Shown piece by piece: positions 26,038 through 33,160 of a stretch of 33,160 nt of DNA. The stretch covers positions 1 to 33,160 of the forward strand of contig JAQVSW010000001.1 of NCBI GenBank assembly GCA_028700345.1, in the 5' to 3' direction. The translations under genes were made by a program, and so were the position numbers. The notes under the pieces are model-generated. The model worked only from the letters and a program-made list of their open reading frames with translations, had not been told where the DNA came from and did no database searches. Each line of letters begins with the position of its first letter. Position 1 is the first letter of the stretch. This DNA comes from Candidatus Shapirobacteria bacterium (lineage in GTDB: Bacteria > Patescibacteriota > Microgenomatia > UBA12405).

Positions 26038-26253
26038 ATGAGACAAATAATCAATATTTCTCTTCCTGAGTCGATGGCCAAGTATGTTAACAATGCTGTT
26101 AAAAAAGGCCGATTTGCTAGTAAAAGTGAATTCTTTCGTCATCTTCTTCGTGAACAATCAGAAAATGATTTATATAAAGAATTAAAGAAAGACCAAAAAG
26201 AGTTTAAAAAAGGAAATGGTATTTTACTTCACACTTTGAAAGATCTAAGATAA
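26038..26253 (+). CDS. ribbon-helix-helix (CopG-like) antitoxin
   Basis: 71 aa. IINISLPESMAKYVNNAVKKGRFASKSEFFRHLLRE fits a beta-strand plus two-helix RHH pattern. It lies 4 nt upstream of the toxin. Confidence 0.75.
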   Translation: MRQIINISLPESMAKYVNNAVKKGRFASKSEFFRHLLREQSENDLYKELKKDQKEFKKGNGILLHTLKDLR

Positions 26254-26257
26254 TTCT

Positions 26258-26515
26258 GTGGAAGTACAATATTTACCAAAGTTTTTAAGACAATATCAAA
26301 AGATTCCAAAGAAAGTAAAAATAAAAGCCGAAAAACAAGAAGCTATTTTTCGAAAAAATCCTTTTGACCCCAGGCTAAAAACCCACCATTTAATCGGAAA
26401 ACTAAAAGAATTTTGGTCCTTTTCTGTTGACTACCAATATCGAATTATTTTTCAGTTTGCCGACGAAAATATTGTTTGGTTTTATTTAATCGGCACCCAT
26501 TCTATTTACAAGTAA
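26258..26515 (+). CDS. RelE/ParE-superfamily toxin (YafQ/RelE-like mRNA interferase)
   Basis: 85 aa with a GTG start. HHLIGKLKEFWSFSVDYQYRIIFQFADENIVWFYLIGTHSIY matches the RelE-fold core pattern. Confidence 0.75.
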   Translation: MEVQYLPKFLRQYQKIPKKVKIKAEKQEAIFRKNPFDPRLKTHHLIGKLKEFWSFSVDYQYRIIFQFADENIVWFYLIGTHSIYK

Positions 26516-26521
26516 AGAAAT

Positions 26522-27061
26522 CTAGACCTGGGTTTCTTTTTTCTCGGTTACCACTCGTCCGCCCTGCCATTGACCCCGATACAAATTAGTCTTTCCTCTA
26601 ACTTCATAAAACATCATATGAACAATCCTTGCCCCCATTTCAATTTTTACCGTGCATTCACCACTGTTAAATAAGGTAAAGCTAATTTCTCCGCTATATC
26701 CCGGAGCTCCATTTCCCCCAGACAATATCACTCCGCCTCGGTACAAAGTACTTCTCAGCCAAAAATTAACCGTCAAATAATCAGGTAAATTTATTTTTTC
26801 TATAATAGTTACCAGCACTTGTTGTCCTGGCTTTAGCTCAAAAACTCGACTCTCTGTTTCATCATATTCCATCACCAATTTTGCTTCTACCGATTTTCTG
26901 TCTGTTATTCCCAAAAACGTTTCTCCACTTATTTCCCAAACTTTCCCTAGTCGTAGGTCAAAACCACAGCCCTCTGGATTAGTTAATTCTCTTTCTGACA
27001 ATCCCTCAACTAGTTTTTTCTCTGAAACCAATTTTAACAACTCGTCAACTCCTAAAATCAT
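26522..27061 (-). CDS. dCTP deaminase/dUTPase-fold protein (Dcd-like, atypical active-site residues)
   Basis: 179 aa. FDLRLG, LKPGQQVLV, LRSTLYRGG, APGYSG and the C-terminal YRGQWQGGR are collinear with E. coli Dcd. By my hand alignment, the IDPGW Asp is Ala119 and the catalytic Glu is Thr129. Confidence 0.7.
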   Translation of the reverse strand: MILGVDELLKLVSEKKLVEGLSERELTNPEGCGFDLRLGKVWEISGETFLGITDRKSVEAKLVMEYDETESRVFELKPGQQVLVTIIEKINLPDYLTVNFWLRSTLYRGGVILSGGNGAPGYSGEISFTLFNSGECTVKIEMGARIVHMMFYEVRGKTNLYRGQWQGGRVVTEKKETQV

Positions 27062-27124
27062 AAGAAAATAATATCATATGGCTGTTGTTGGTTTTAATTC
27101 AACTGGAGTAAAATAATTTGCTTT

Positions 27125-28156
27125 TTAAAAACAAAATCTTTTTTGTTTCAATACCGAGTCAATTCCAACTTTTCTTTGCATAAATAATCCAAGAGAACTT
27201 AAGTAGGGATAGACATTGTTATTATAATTTTCAATTAATCTCGCGTCTCCGCAAGTATTAAGATAGTTTATAAAATCTAGTCCTAGTTTAACTTTTAACT
27301 CCAAAGCTCTGGCAATGTTTGCCGCCCATTCTTCCATTATGTAGTCAAACATATTTTCTTTATTTTCTAATTTAACTTTGTTTAGCGGTAATAAAATTAT
27401 TTTTTTATCCAAACTTGGTTTACATCGTTGATTTTGACTTATATAGCAAACATCATCCCAAATTTCGATTAACTTATTACTTTTAATAGTTAAAGGAGTT
27501 TCTCTTTGGTTTGTTTCTTCAATCAAAAAGTCATACAGTTGTAAAATTAAATAATCTATTCCTTTTTCACTAAATTCCTCTAATAATTTTAAATACAAAT
27601 TTTGGGGATTTTTAAAGATATCCTCAATCTGAATATTTTTATCAATCGGGCAATCAGACTCGAGTGATGTATATTCTGTAATTATTTTGTCAAAGCCCTT
27701 TGGTAAGTATTTGTGAAATTCTTTTCCGGCAATTTCAGAAACATAAACAATATTTGTGGGAATTATTAAATCAGTAATTGATAAATCATTATCTAAGAAA
27801 AAATCAATAATGTCGTTTAGACAATATAGATAGCTTTTTTTACCTTGATAAATTAGTTTGCTTATTAAATTTAATTCTTGGCGATATTGGTAAAATGGGT
27901 GATTTGTATCATTGTTGCAAATAAAATTAACGGTTGGTTTGTGGTAACTTTTCGATAAATGGCTTAAAAAGTTTCTGGTGGTTTCAAATTCAGTCGTTGG
28001 AACAATAATTGGATTTTCTTTTCTACCCAGCAAAAAATCAATTACTGACAAAGAAGATACTTCAATTGCCACTCGATAATCATGGAGATTTCTGACGTAT
28101 CCATCCAAAACCTTCAAAGAAGTTGTTCCGTCAAAACTATTGTTTATTCTAACCAT
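27125..28156 (-). CDS. hypothetical protein (343 aa), no family recognised
   Basis: Long clean ORF that looks soluble. A TTTACA-N18-TATAAT promoter-like element lies upstream on the minus strand (the -10 is at c(28197..28202)). The only motif noted is RNFLSH at residues 61-66. Confidence 0.6.
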   Translation of the reverse strand: MVRINNSFDGTTSLKVLDGYVRNLHDYRVAIEVSSLSVIDFLLGRKENPIIVPTTEFETTRNFLSHLSKSYHKPTVNFICNNDTNHPFYQYRQELNLISKLIYQGKKSYLYCLNDIIDFFLDNDLSITDLIIPTNIVYVSEIAGKEFHKYLPKGFDKIITEYTSLESDCPIDKNIQIEDIFKNPQNLYLKLLEEFSEKGIDYLILQLYDFLIEETNQRETPLTIKSNKLIEIWDDVCYISQNQRCKPSLDKKIILLPLNKVKLENKENMFDYIMEEWAANIARALELKVKLGLDFINYLNTCGDARLIENYNNNVYPYLSSLGLFMQRKVGIDSVLKQKRFCF

Positions 28157-28233
28157 TTTACTGCTGTTAATTATTCAAAAACTAGTAAGTATCGGCATTA
28201 TATACTATTCTGTGTTCTAGTGTAAAATAATCT

Positions 28234-29277
28234 ATGACCTTTATTTATATCCTCTTGGTTTTAATTCTCCTCGCCATTTTTTATTTCATTTACCTCCAAA
28301 AGAACTCTAAACCTAATGAAATAGATTTATCCAAAGCCATTGATACTTTGGTCAAGCAATCAAACGACAAGTTAAACGACAAAAACCTTCAAATTCAAAC
28401 TGACCTATCCAATAAAAAAGATGCTATTGAAAAAATGATTAAACAAATTAGTGATCAATTAACCACCGTTGAAAAAGATCGTATTGGCACTTTTACCAAT
28501 CTCCGCGATGCTATTGAGAATAATGTTAAATTGACCAAAGAATTATCTGTCACTACCGAAGGTCTAAAGCGGGTTTTAAGTAATAATCAGCAACGTGGAG
28601 CTTTTGGCGAAAAAGTGGCTGAAGATCTATTAAAAATGTCTGGATTTGTCATTGGCACTGATTACACTCGTCAAGAAACTACCGGTGAAGCCAGGCCTGA
28701 TTTTACTCTCTATCTTCCCGATAAAACAAAAATTAATATCGATTCTAAATTTCCCTACGCCAATATTGTTAATATGAGTGAAACCCCTGATAATGACGAG
28801 AAAAAACGATACAAAAAACTTTTTGAGCAGGATATCAAAAAGAAAATTAATGATGTTACCTCCAGAAATTATATTAATCCCGAGGATAATACTGTTGATT
28901 TTGTAATTCTTTTTATTCCCAATGAAATGATATTTTCTTTTATTTACGAATCTTTTCCTGATGTTTGGCAAGATGCTTTAAACCGCAAAGTTGTCATGAC
29001 CGGCCCCTTTTCTTTTACTGCTATTTTACGAATGGTTCGTCAAGCCTATGAGAACTTCCGTTTTCAAAAAAATGTTCAGGGGATAATTACCCAAATTAAA
29101 ATATTTGGCTCCGAATTTGAAAAATATAATGAAGAATTTAGTAAAATTGGCGATCGTATCGATTCTCTTAACAAGCAATACGATGAAGTAAACAATACAC
29201 GTACAAAAAAGCTTCAAAAAGTTATTGATAAAATCAACATCGAAGATAAATCAACACCGCCATCACTTACCTCTTGA
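28234..29277 (+). CDS. rmuC: DNA recombination protein RmuC
   Basis: 347 aa with an N-terminal TM segment and a long coiled coil. The RmuC nuclease-like core follows: QRGAFGEKVAEDLL..RPDFTLYLPDKTKINIDSKFP..VDFVILFIPNE. Confidence 0.85.
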   Translation: MTFIYILLVLILLAIFYFIYLQKNSKPNEIDLSKAIDTLVKQSNDKLNDKNLQIQTDLSNKKDAIEKMIKQISDQLTTVEKDRIGTFTNLRDAIENNVKLTKELSVTTEGLKRVLSNNQQRGAFGEKVAEDLLKMSGFVIGTDYTRQETTGEARPDFTLYLPDKTKINIDSKFPYANIVNMSETPDNDEKKRYKKLFEQDIKKKINDVTSRNYINPEDNTVDFVILFIPNEMIFSFIYESFPDVWQDALNRKVVMTGPFSFTAILRMVRQAYENFRFQKNVQGIITQIKIFGSEFEKYNEEFSKIGDRIDSLNKQYDEVNNTRTKKLQKVIDKINIEDKSTPPSLTS

Positions 29278-29302
29278 CACTGCTTAGCAGTCCATATACA
29301 AT
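29274..29302 (+). promoter_or_regulatory. hrcA operon promoter TTGACA-N17-TACAAT
   Basis: TTGACA is at 29274..29279 and contains the rmuC TGA stop. TACAAT is at 29297..29302, 9 nt before ATG 29312. No SD is present. Confidence 0.6.
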
Positions 29303-29310
29303 AGTGCTAA
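29284..29310 (+). promoter_or_regulatory. CIRCE operator (HrcA binding site)
   Basis: The site reads TTAGCAGTC-N9-TAGTGCTAA against the consensus TTAGCACTC-N9-GAGTGCTAA, which is 8/9 matches in each arm. It overlaps the spacer and -10 of the promoter and ends 1 nt before the hrcA ATG. Confidence 0.85.
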
Positions 29311-29311
29311 T

Positions 29312-30052
29312 ATGGCTGAACTAACTCAACGACAAATTAAAATTCTAAAATGCATTACCGAGGAGTTTATTGAGTCTGCCTCTCCAGTAGGCTCAGAAAC
29401 CCTTGAAAGAAAATATAATCTTGGTATATCTTCGGCTACCATTAGAAATGAAATGGCTGCCCTAACTCAGCTTGGCTTTTTAAAAAAAGGGCACCTTTCG
29501 GCTGGTCGTTGTCCGACTTCGATGGGTCTAAAATATTATGTTCGCAATTTAATGACTCCCAAAAACATGTCAGTTGGTGATGAAATTGGAGTTAAAGAAA
29601 AAGTTTGGAATTATCGAAACGAATTTGAAAAACTTCTTAAAGAGACTACCCGTGAGCTGGCTCAAAAAACCCGTTCCCTCGCCATTGCCACCACTGATCA
29701 AGGTTCTATTTATAGTTACGGTGCCTCTAATTTACTTGAAGAACCGGAATTTTATAATATCGATGTTACCAAAACTGTTCTTTCTCTGCTTGACAATCCC
29801 AATTTTTGGTTTGACATAATTAGTAAAGCTGGGGTCAATACTGAAGAGCCTTCGTCTCAATTAATTCACCTTTTAGTCGGTGAAGATCTTGGCATGGAAC
29901 ACTTAGAGCCCTGTGGTTTTATTTATCAGACCTATCAAGCCGGACCTCATCGTGGTATCGTCGGTGTTATCGGTCCCGCCCGGGTTCGCTATCAAGTCGT
30001 TATCCCCGTTGTTGATTATTTTGCCGAGCTAATTTCCACCATTACCGGTTAA
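29312..30052 (+). CDS. hrcA: heat-inducible transcription repressor HrcA (short form, 246 aa)
   Basis: The N-terminal wHTH is LTQRQIKILKCITEEFIESASPVGSETL, and the C-terminus is GIVGVIGPARVRYQVVIPVVDY. A CIRCE site lies upstream and grpE-dnaK-dnaJ lie downstream. Confidence 0.85.
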   Translation: MAELTQRQIKILKCITEEFIESASPVGSETLERKYNLGISSATIRNEMAALTQLGFLKKGHLSAGRCPTSMGLKYYVRNLMTPKNMSVGDEIGVKEKVWNYRNEFEKLLKETTRELAQKTRSLAIATTDQGSIYSYGASNLLEEPEFYNIDVTKTVLSLLDNPNFWFDIISKAGVNTEEPSSQLIHLLVGEDLGMEHLEPCGFIYQTYQAGPHRGIVGVIGPARVRYQVVIPVVDYFAELISTITG

Positions 30053-30060
30053 ATTTTTTT

Positions 30061-30519
30061 ATGATAAACAAAAAAACTAAAAATAAAACTAATCTAGTGC
30101 CTGAAATTCTAAAATTAGAAAGTCAGATAAAAGAACTTGAAGATAAATTAACGAGATCCCTTGCTGATTATTCCAATCTTCAAAAACGTCAAGAAGAACA
30201 GCATCAATTTTTCGCTACTCTGGCCATTAGTGCTTTTATCTCGCAGATGCTTTCAGTTTTAGATGATTTCTATCTAGCCCAGGAAAACTTAAAAAATCCT
30301 GGTTTACAAATGGCCATCAACAACTTTGAAACTGTTTTAAAAAATCAAGGTCTTGAAACAATTGATGCTCTAAATAAAGAATTCAATCCGGACAAAATGG
30401 AATGTTTACAAACTATAAAGGGAGAAACAAATAAAGTTCTTGAAGTTAAAAAACGGGGTTACCTGTTAAACGGACATTGTCTCCGTCCGGCTCAAGTTGT
30501 AGTCGGAAAAAAATTATAA
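30061..30519 (+). CDS. grpE: nucleotide exchange factor GrpE (short, 152 aa)
   Basis: It sits between hrcA and dnaK. It has a coiled-coil N-terminus (LEDKLTRSLADYSNLQKR) and a C-terminal GYLLNGHCLRPAQVVVGK. Confidence 0.8.
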   Translation: MINKKTKNKTNLVPEILKLESQIKELEDKLTRSLADYSNLQKRQEEQHQFFATLAISAFISQMLSVLDDFYLAQENLKNPGLQMAINNFETVLKNQGLETIDALNKEFNPDKMECLQTIKGETNKVLEVKKRGYLLNGHCLRPAQVVVGKKL

Positions 30520-30546
30520 ATTATTTATTTTATTTAAATAAAAAAT

Positions 30547-32448
30547 ATGTCAAACAAAATAATCGGAATAGATTTAGGTACCACCAATTCCTGCGTCGCG
30601 GTTATGGAAGCTGGTACCCCAAAAGTAATATTAACCGCTGAGGGTCGAAACACCATTCCCTCTATCGTCGAACCAGTCAAAAAATTAGTCGGCGATCTTG
30701 CCAAAAGACAAATGGTTCTTAATCCCTCTGATACCGTTTTTAGTATCAAAAGACTTATGGGTCGTCGTTATGACGATCCTGAAGTCGAAAAAACTAAAAA
30801 AATTGTTTCTTACAAAATAGTCGCCGGCAAAGACAAAATGGCGGCCGTTGAAATTGAGGGAAAAATTTATACTCCCCAGGAAATTTCGGCCATGATTTTA
30901 CAAAAGGCCAAGGCCGACGCCGAAAGATATCTTGGTGAAAAAATTTCTGATGCCGTTATCACTGTTCCCGCTTATTTTGACGATTCTCAGCGTCAAGCGA
31001 CCAAGCAGGCTGGAGAAATTGCCGGTCTTAACGTCAAAAGAATTGTCAACGAGCCCACTGCTTCTGCTCTTGCCTATGGTCTTGATAAAAAGAAAAAGGG
31101 GACTGTGGCCGTTTACGATTTGGGTGGTGGTACATTTGATATTTCCATTTTGGAAATCGGTGATGGTGTCTTTGAAGTTAAGGCAACCAATGGCGATACT
31201 TTTCTCGGTGGAGATGATTTTGATCATCGTATTGTAAATTGGCTTATTGAAAATTTTCAAAAAGAACACGGAGTTGATCTTAGCAAGGATCCTCAAGCTC
31301 TGCAGCGTATTCGCGAAGCCGCCGAAAAAGCCAAAATTGAATTATCAAGTACTGGTGAAACCGAAATTAATTTACCCTTTATTACTCAAAAAGATAAGGA
31401 ATCTTTGCATCTGACGGTTAAATTAACCCGATCTGAGCTTGAAAAAATGGTTGATGATCTCATTCAAAATACCATTGGTCCAGTCGAAAAATGTCTCAAA
31501 GACGCTGGCATTACTAAGAGCGATATCACTGATGTCGTCATGGTTGGGGGGATGACCCGGATGCCGAAAGTAGTTGAAGTCGTTAAAAATTTCTTTGGTA
31601 AAGATCCTAATACTACCGTAAATCCTGATGAGGTTGTGGCTATTGGTGCGGCAGTTCAAGGAGCCGTTTTAACCGGTGAAGTCAAAGACATTGTTCTTTT
31701 AGACGTTACTCCTCTTACTTTGGGAATTGAGACCGCTGGCGGGGTTCGTACTCCTCTTATAGATAGAAATACCACCGTGCCTACCAAGAAATCTCAAATC
31801 TTTACTACCTATGCTGATTCTCAGCCTCAGGTTGAGATTAATGTTTTGCAGGGTGAGCGGCCCATGGCAGCTGACAATAAAACCCTGGGTCGTTTCATTC
31901 TTGATGGTATTGCTCCAGCCCCTCGGGGTGTCCCTCAAATTGAGGTTACCTTTGATATTGACAGCAATGGTATTTTGAGTGTTTCTGCCAAAGATAAAGG
32001 CACCAATAAAGAACAAAAAATCACCATTCAAAATGCCACCAATCTTTCCGACGATGAAGTTGAGAAGATGAAAAATGATGCTGAAATGCATGCCCGTGAA
32101 GATGAAGAAAAGCACGGTTTTGTTGAAAGTAAAAACAAACTCGACGCCACCATCTTTACTGGAGAAAAAACTCTTAAAGATTTTGCCGATAAAGTTAAGC
32201 CTGATGATAAGACAAAAATCGAGGATAAGCTTAAAGCCGGCAAAGAGCTTTTAGCCAAATCTGATGTTAAAAAAGATGAATTTGATAAATTCACTGAAGA
32301 ATTAAATCAAATGCTTCAAGCTGTTGGTCAAGCTGTTTATGCTCAGCCAGAAGCTAATCAGGCCGAGCCAGAAGCTGGCGCTCCAAAAGCCCAGGAGTCA
32401 AAGTCTGACGATAAAAAAGAAGCTGAAGAAGGCGAAGTCGTCAAATAA
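30547..32448 (+). CDS. dnaK: molecular chaperone DnaK (Hsp70)
   Basis: 633 aa with [24 protein letters not shown] and [10 protein letters not shown]. Confidence 0.97.
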   Translation: MSNKIIGIDLGTTNSCVAVMEAGTPKVILTAEGRNTIPSIVEPVKKLVGDLAKRQMVLNPSDTVFSIKRLMGRRYDDPEVEKTKKIVSYKIVAGKDKMAAVEIEGKIYTPQEISAMILQKAKADAERYLGEKISDAVITVPAYFDDSQRQATKQAGEIAGLNVKRIVNEPTASALAYGLDKKKKGTVAVYDLGGGTFDISILEIGDGVFEVKATNGDTFLGGDDFDHRIVNWLIENFQKEHGVDLSKDPQALQRIREAAEKAKIELSSTGETEINLPFITQKDKESLHLTVKLTRSELEKMVDDLIQNTIGPVEKCLKDAGITKSDITDVVMVGGMTRMPKVVEVVKNFFGKDPNTTVNPDEVVAIGAAVQGAVLTGEVKDIVLLDVTPLTLGIETAGGVRTPLIDRNTTVPTKKSQIFTTYADSQPQVEINVLQGERPMAADNKTLGRFILDGIAPAPRGVPQIEVTFDIDSNGILSVSAKDKGTNKEQKITIQNATNLSDDEVEKMKNDAEMHAREDEEKHGFVESKNKLDATIFTGEKTLKDFADKVKPDDKTKIEDKLKAGKELLAKSDVKKDEFDKFTEELNQMLQAVGQAVYAQPEANQAEPEAGAPKAQESKSDDKKEAEEGEVVK

Positions 32449-32451
32449 AAA

Positions 32452-33160
32452 ATGAAACAAGATTTTTACGAAACACTGGGTGTCAGCAAGTCTGCCACCA
32501 AAGATGAGATAAAATCGGCCTACCGCAAGCAGGCAATGCAGTGGCACCCAGATCGTAATAAATCTCCCGACGCTGAGGAAAAATTTAAAGAGATCAACGA
32601 AGCCTACGAAGTCTTAAGTAATGATCAGAAAAAATCAGCCTATGACCAGTTTGGTCAGGCCGCCTTTGATCCAAATTCGGGTAATTTTGGTGGTCACACC
32701 TATACTCAGCAAAACGGCCCCTTTAATTTCACCTGGCAAAGCCAAGGTGGTGGTCAAGGGGCCGATTTTGATTTTGGGGGATTTTCCAATCCTTTTGATA
32801 TCTTTGAGCAATTTTTCGGAGGCGCTGGTGTAAATTTTGGAGGGCAGCAACGGCGTCAAGTTCCCACTTATAAAATTCAATTATCTTTTTTAGATGCGGC
32901 TCTCGGCTGTGAAAAAGAGGTTAGTCTAGATGGCAGCAAAAAAAAGATCAAAATTCCTGCTGGAGTTGACGATGGTCAGAGAATAAAATTTAGAGATTTT
33001 AATTTATATATTGATGTTTTACCCGACAAGATTTTTAAACGCGATGGTAATGATGTTTACGTTAGTCAAAGTATTTCTATATCACAAGCAATATTAGGAG
33101 ATATTATCGAAGTTCCTACTCTTAAAGAAAAATTAAAGCTTCGAGTCAAATCAGGGACTC
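32452..33160 (+). CDS. dnaJ: J-domain co-chaperone DnaJ/CbpA-like, partial (3' end off window), no zinc-finger domain
   Basis: Absent from the track because it has no stop in-window. My translation reads [36 protein letters not shown] (HPD motif), then a G/F-rich region, then [41 protein letters not shown]. No CxxCxGxG repeats are present. Confidence 0.85.
   Translation, partial: MKQDFYETLGVSKSATKDEIKSAYRKQAMQWHPDRNKSPDAEEKFKEINEAYEVLSNDQKKSAYDQFGQAAFDPNSGNFGGHTYTQQNGPFNFTWQSQGGGQGADFDFGGFSNPFDIFEQFFGGAGVNFGGQQRRQVPTYKIQLSFLDAALGCEKEVSLDGSKKKIKIPAGVDDGQRIKFRDFNLYIDVLPDKIFKRDGNDVYVSQSISISQAILGDIIEVPTLKEKLKLRVKSGT

Noticed and set aside
30534-32294. Several 70-138-aa minus-strand ORFs lie inside dnaK, along with a plus-strand alternate-frame ORF at 30932..31237.
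   Set aside because: All lie inside a highly conserved dnaK reading frame. Antisense and alternate-frame ORFs of this size are common there and show no motifs.
1-33160. An alternative genetic code (UGA recoded, as in some CPR lineages).
   Set aside because: TGA closes gatC, rmuC, the helicase-nuclease and both FkbM genes at sensible lengths. Conserved genes (gatA, gatB, dnaK, pcrA) contain no in-frame TGA. The standard code fits.

Overview
The window is AT-rich and very compact, and it uses the standard genetic code (TGA is a stop). Most genes overlap or sit less than 30 nt apart. I found no rRNA, tRNA, CRISPR array or transposase. Gene content looks like a Patescibacteria/CPR (Microgenomates-like) chromosome segment; this is a guess from gene style, not a computed placement.

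Gene order:
- rpsT and metG on the minus strand (metG runs off the window).
- murJ, then a chain of overlapping plus-strand genes (3225-11707): PilN/PilO-like membrane proteins, a small membrane protein, two Pro/Thr-rich surface proteins, a DPPR-synthase-like UbiA prenyltransferase, two paralogous GT-C glycosyltransferases and an FkbM methyltransferase.
- A second FkbM gene and a GT4 gene on the minus strand.
- A PAP2 phosphatase, a DUF2298-type GT-C protein, pcrA/uvrD and a FemX-like transferase.
- A 160-aa orphan on the minus strand.
- gatCAB and a 1051-aa UvrD-helicase/PD-(D/E)XK-nuclease fusion.
- An RHH/RelE-type toxin-antitoxin pair.
- An atypical Dcd/dUTPase-fold gene and a 343-aa orphan on the minus strand.
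- rmuC, then a CIRCE-controlled hrcA-grpE-dnaK-dnaJ operon (dnaJ runs off the window).

Most interesting observations:
1. The orphan plus atypical-Dcd pair, wedged between the TA module and rmuC.
2. An envelope locus that couples PT-rich surface proteins to a polyprenyl-phospho-pentose-type glycosylation gene set. The two surface proteins share a previously unrecognised-looking C-terminal tail.
3. A recurrent layout in which -10-like hexamers lie 5-9 nt upstream of the start codons of operon-first genes, suggesting leaderless mRNAs.

All family calls come from reading motifs by eye. No searches were run.
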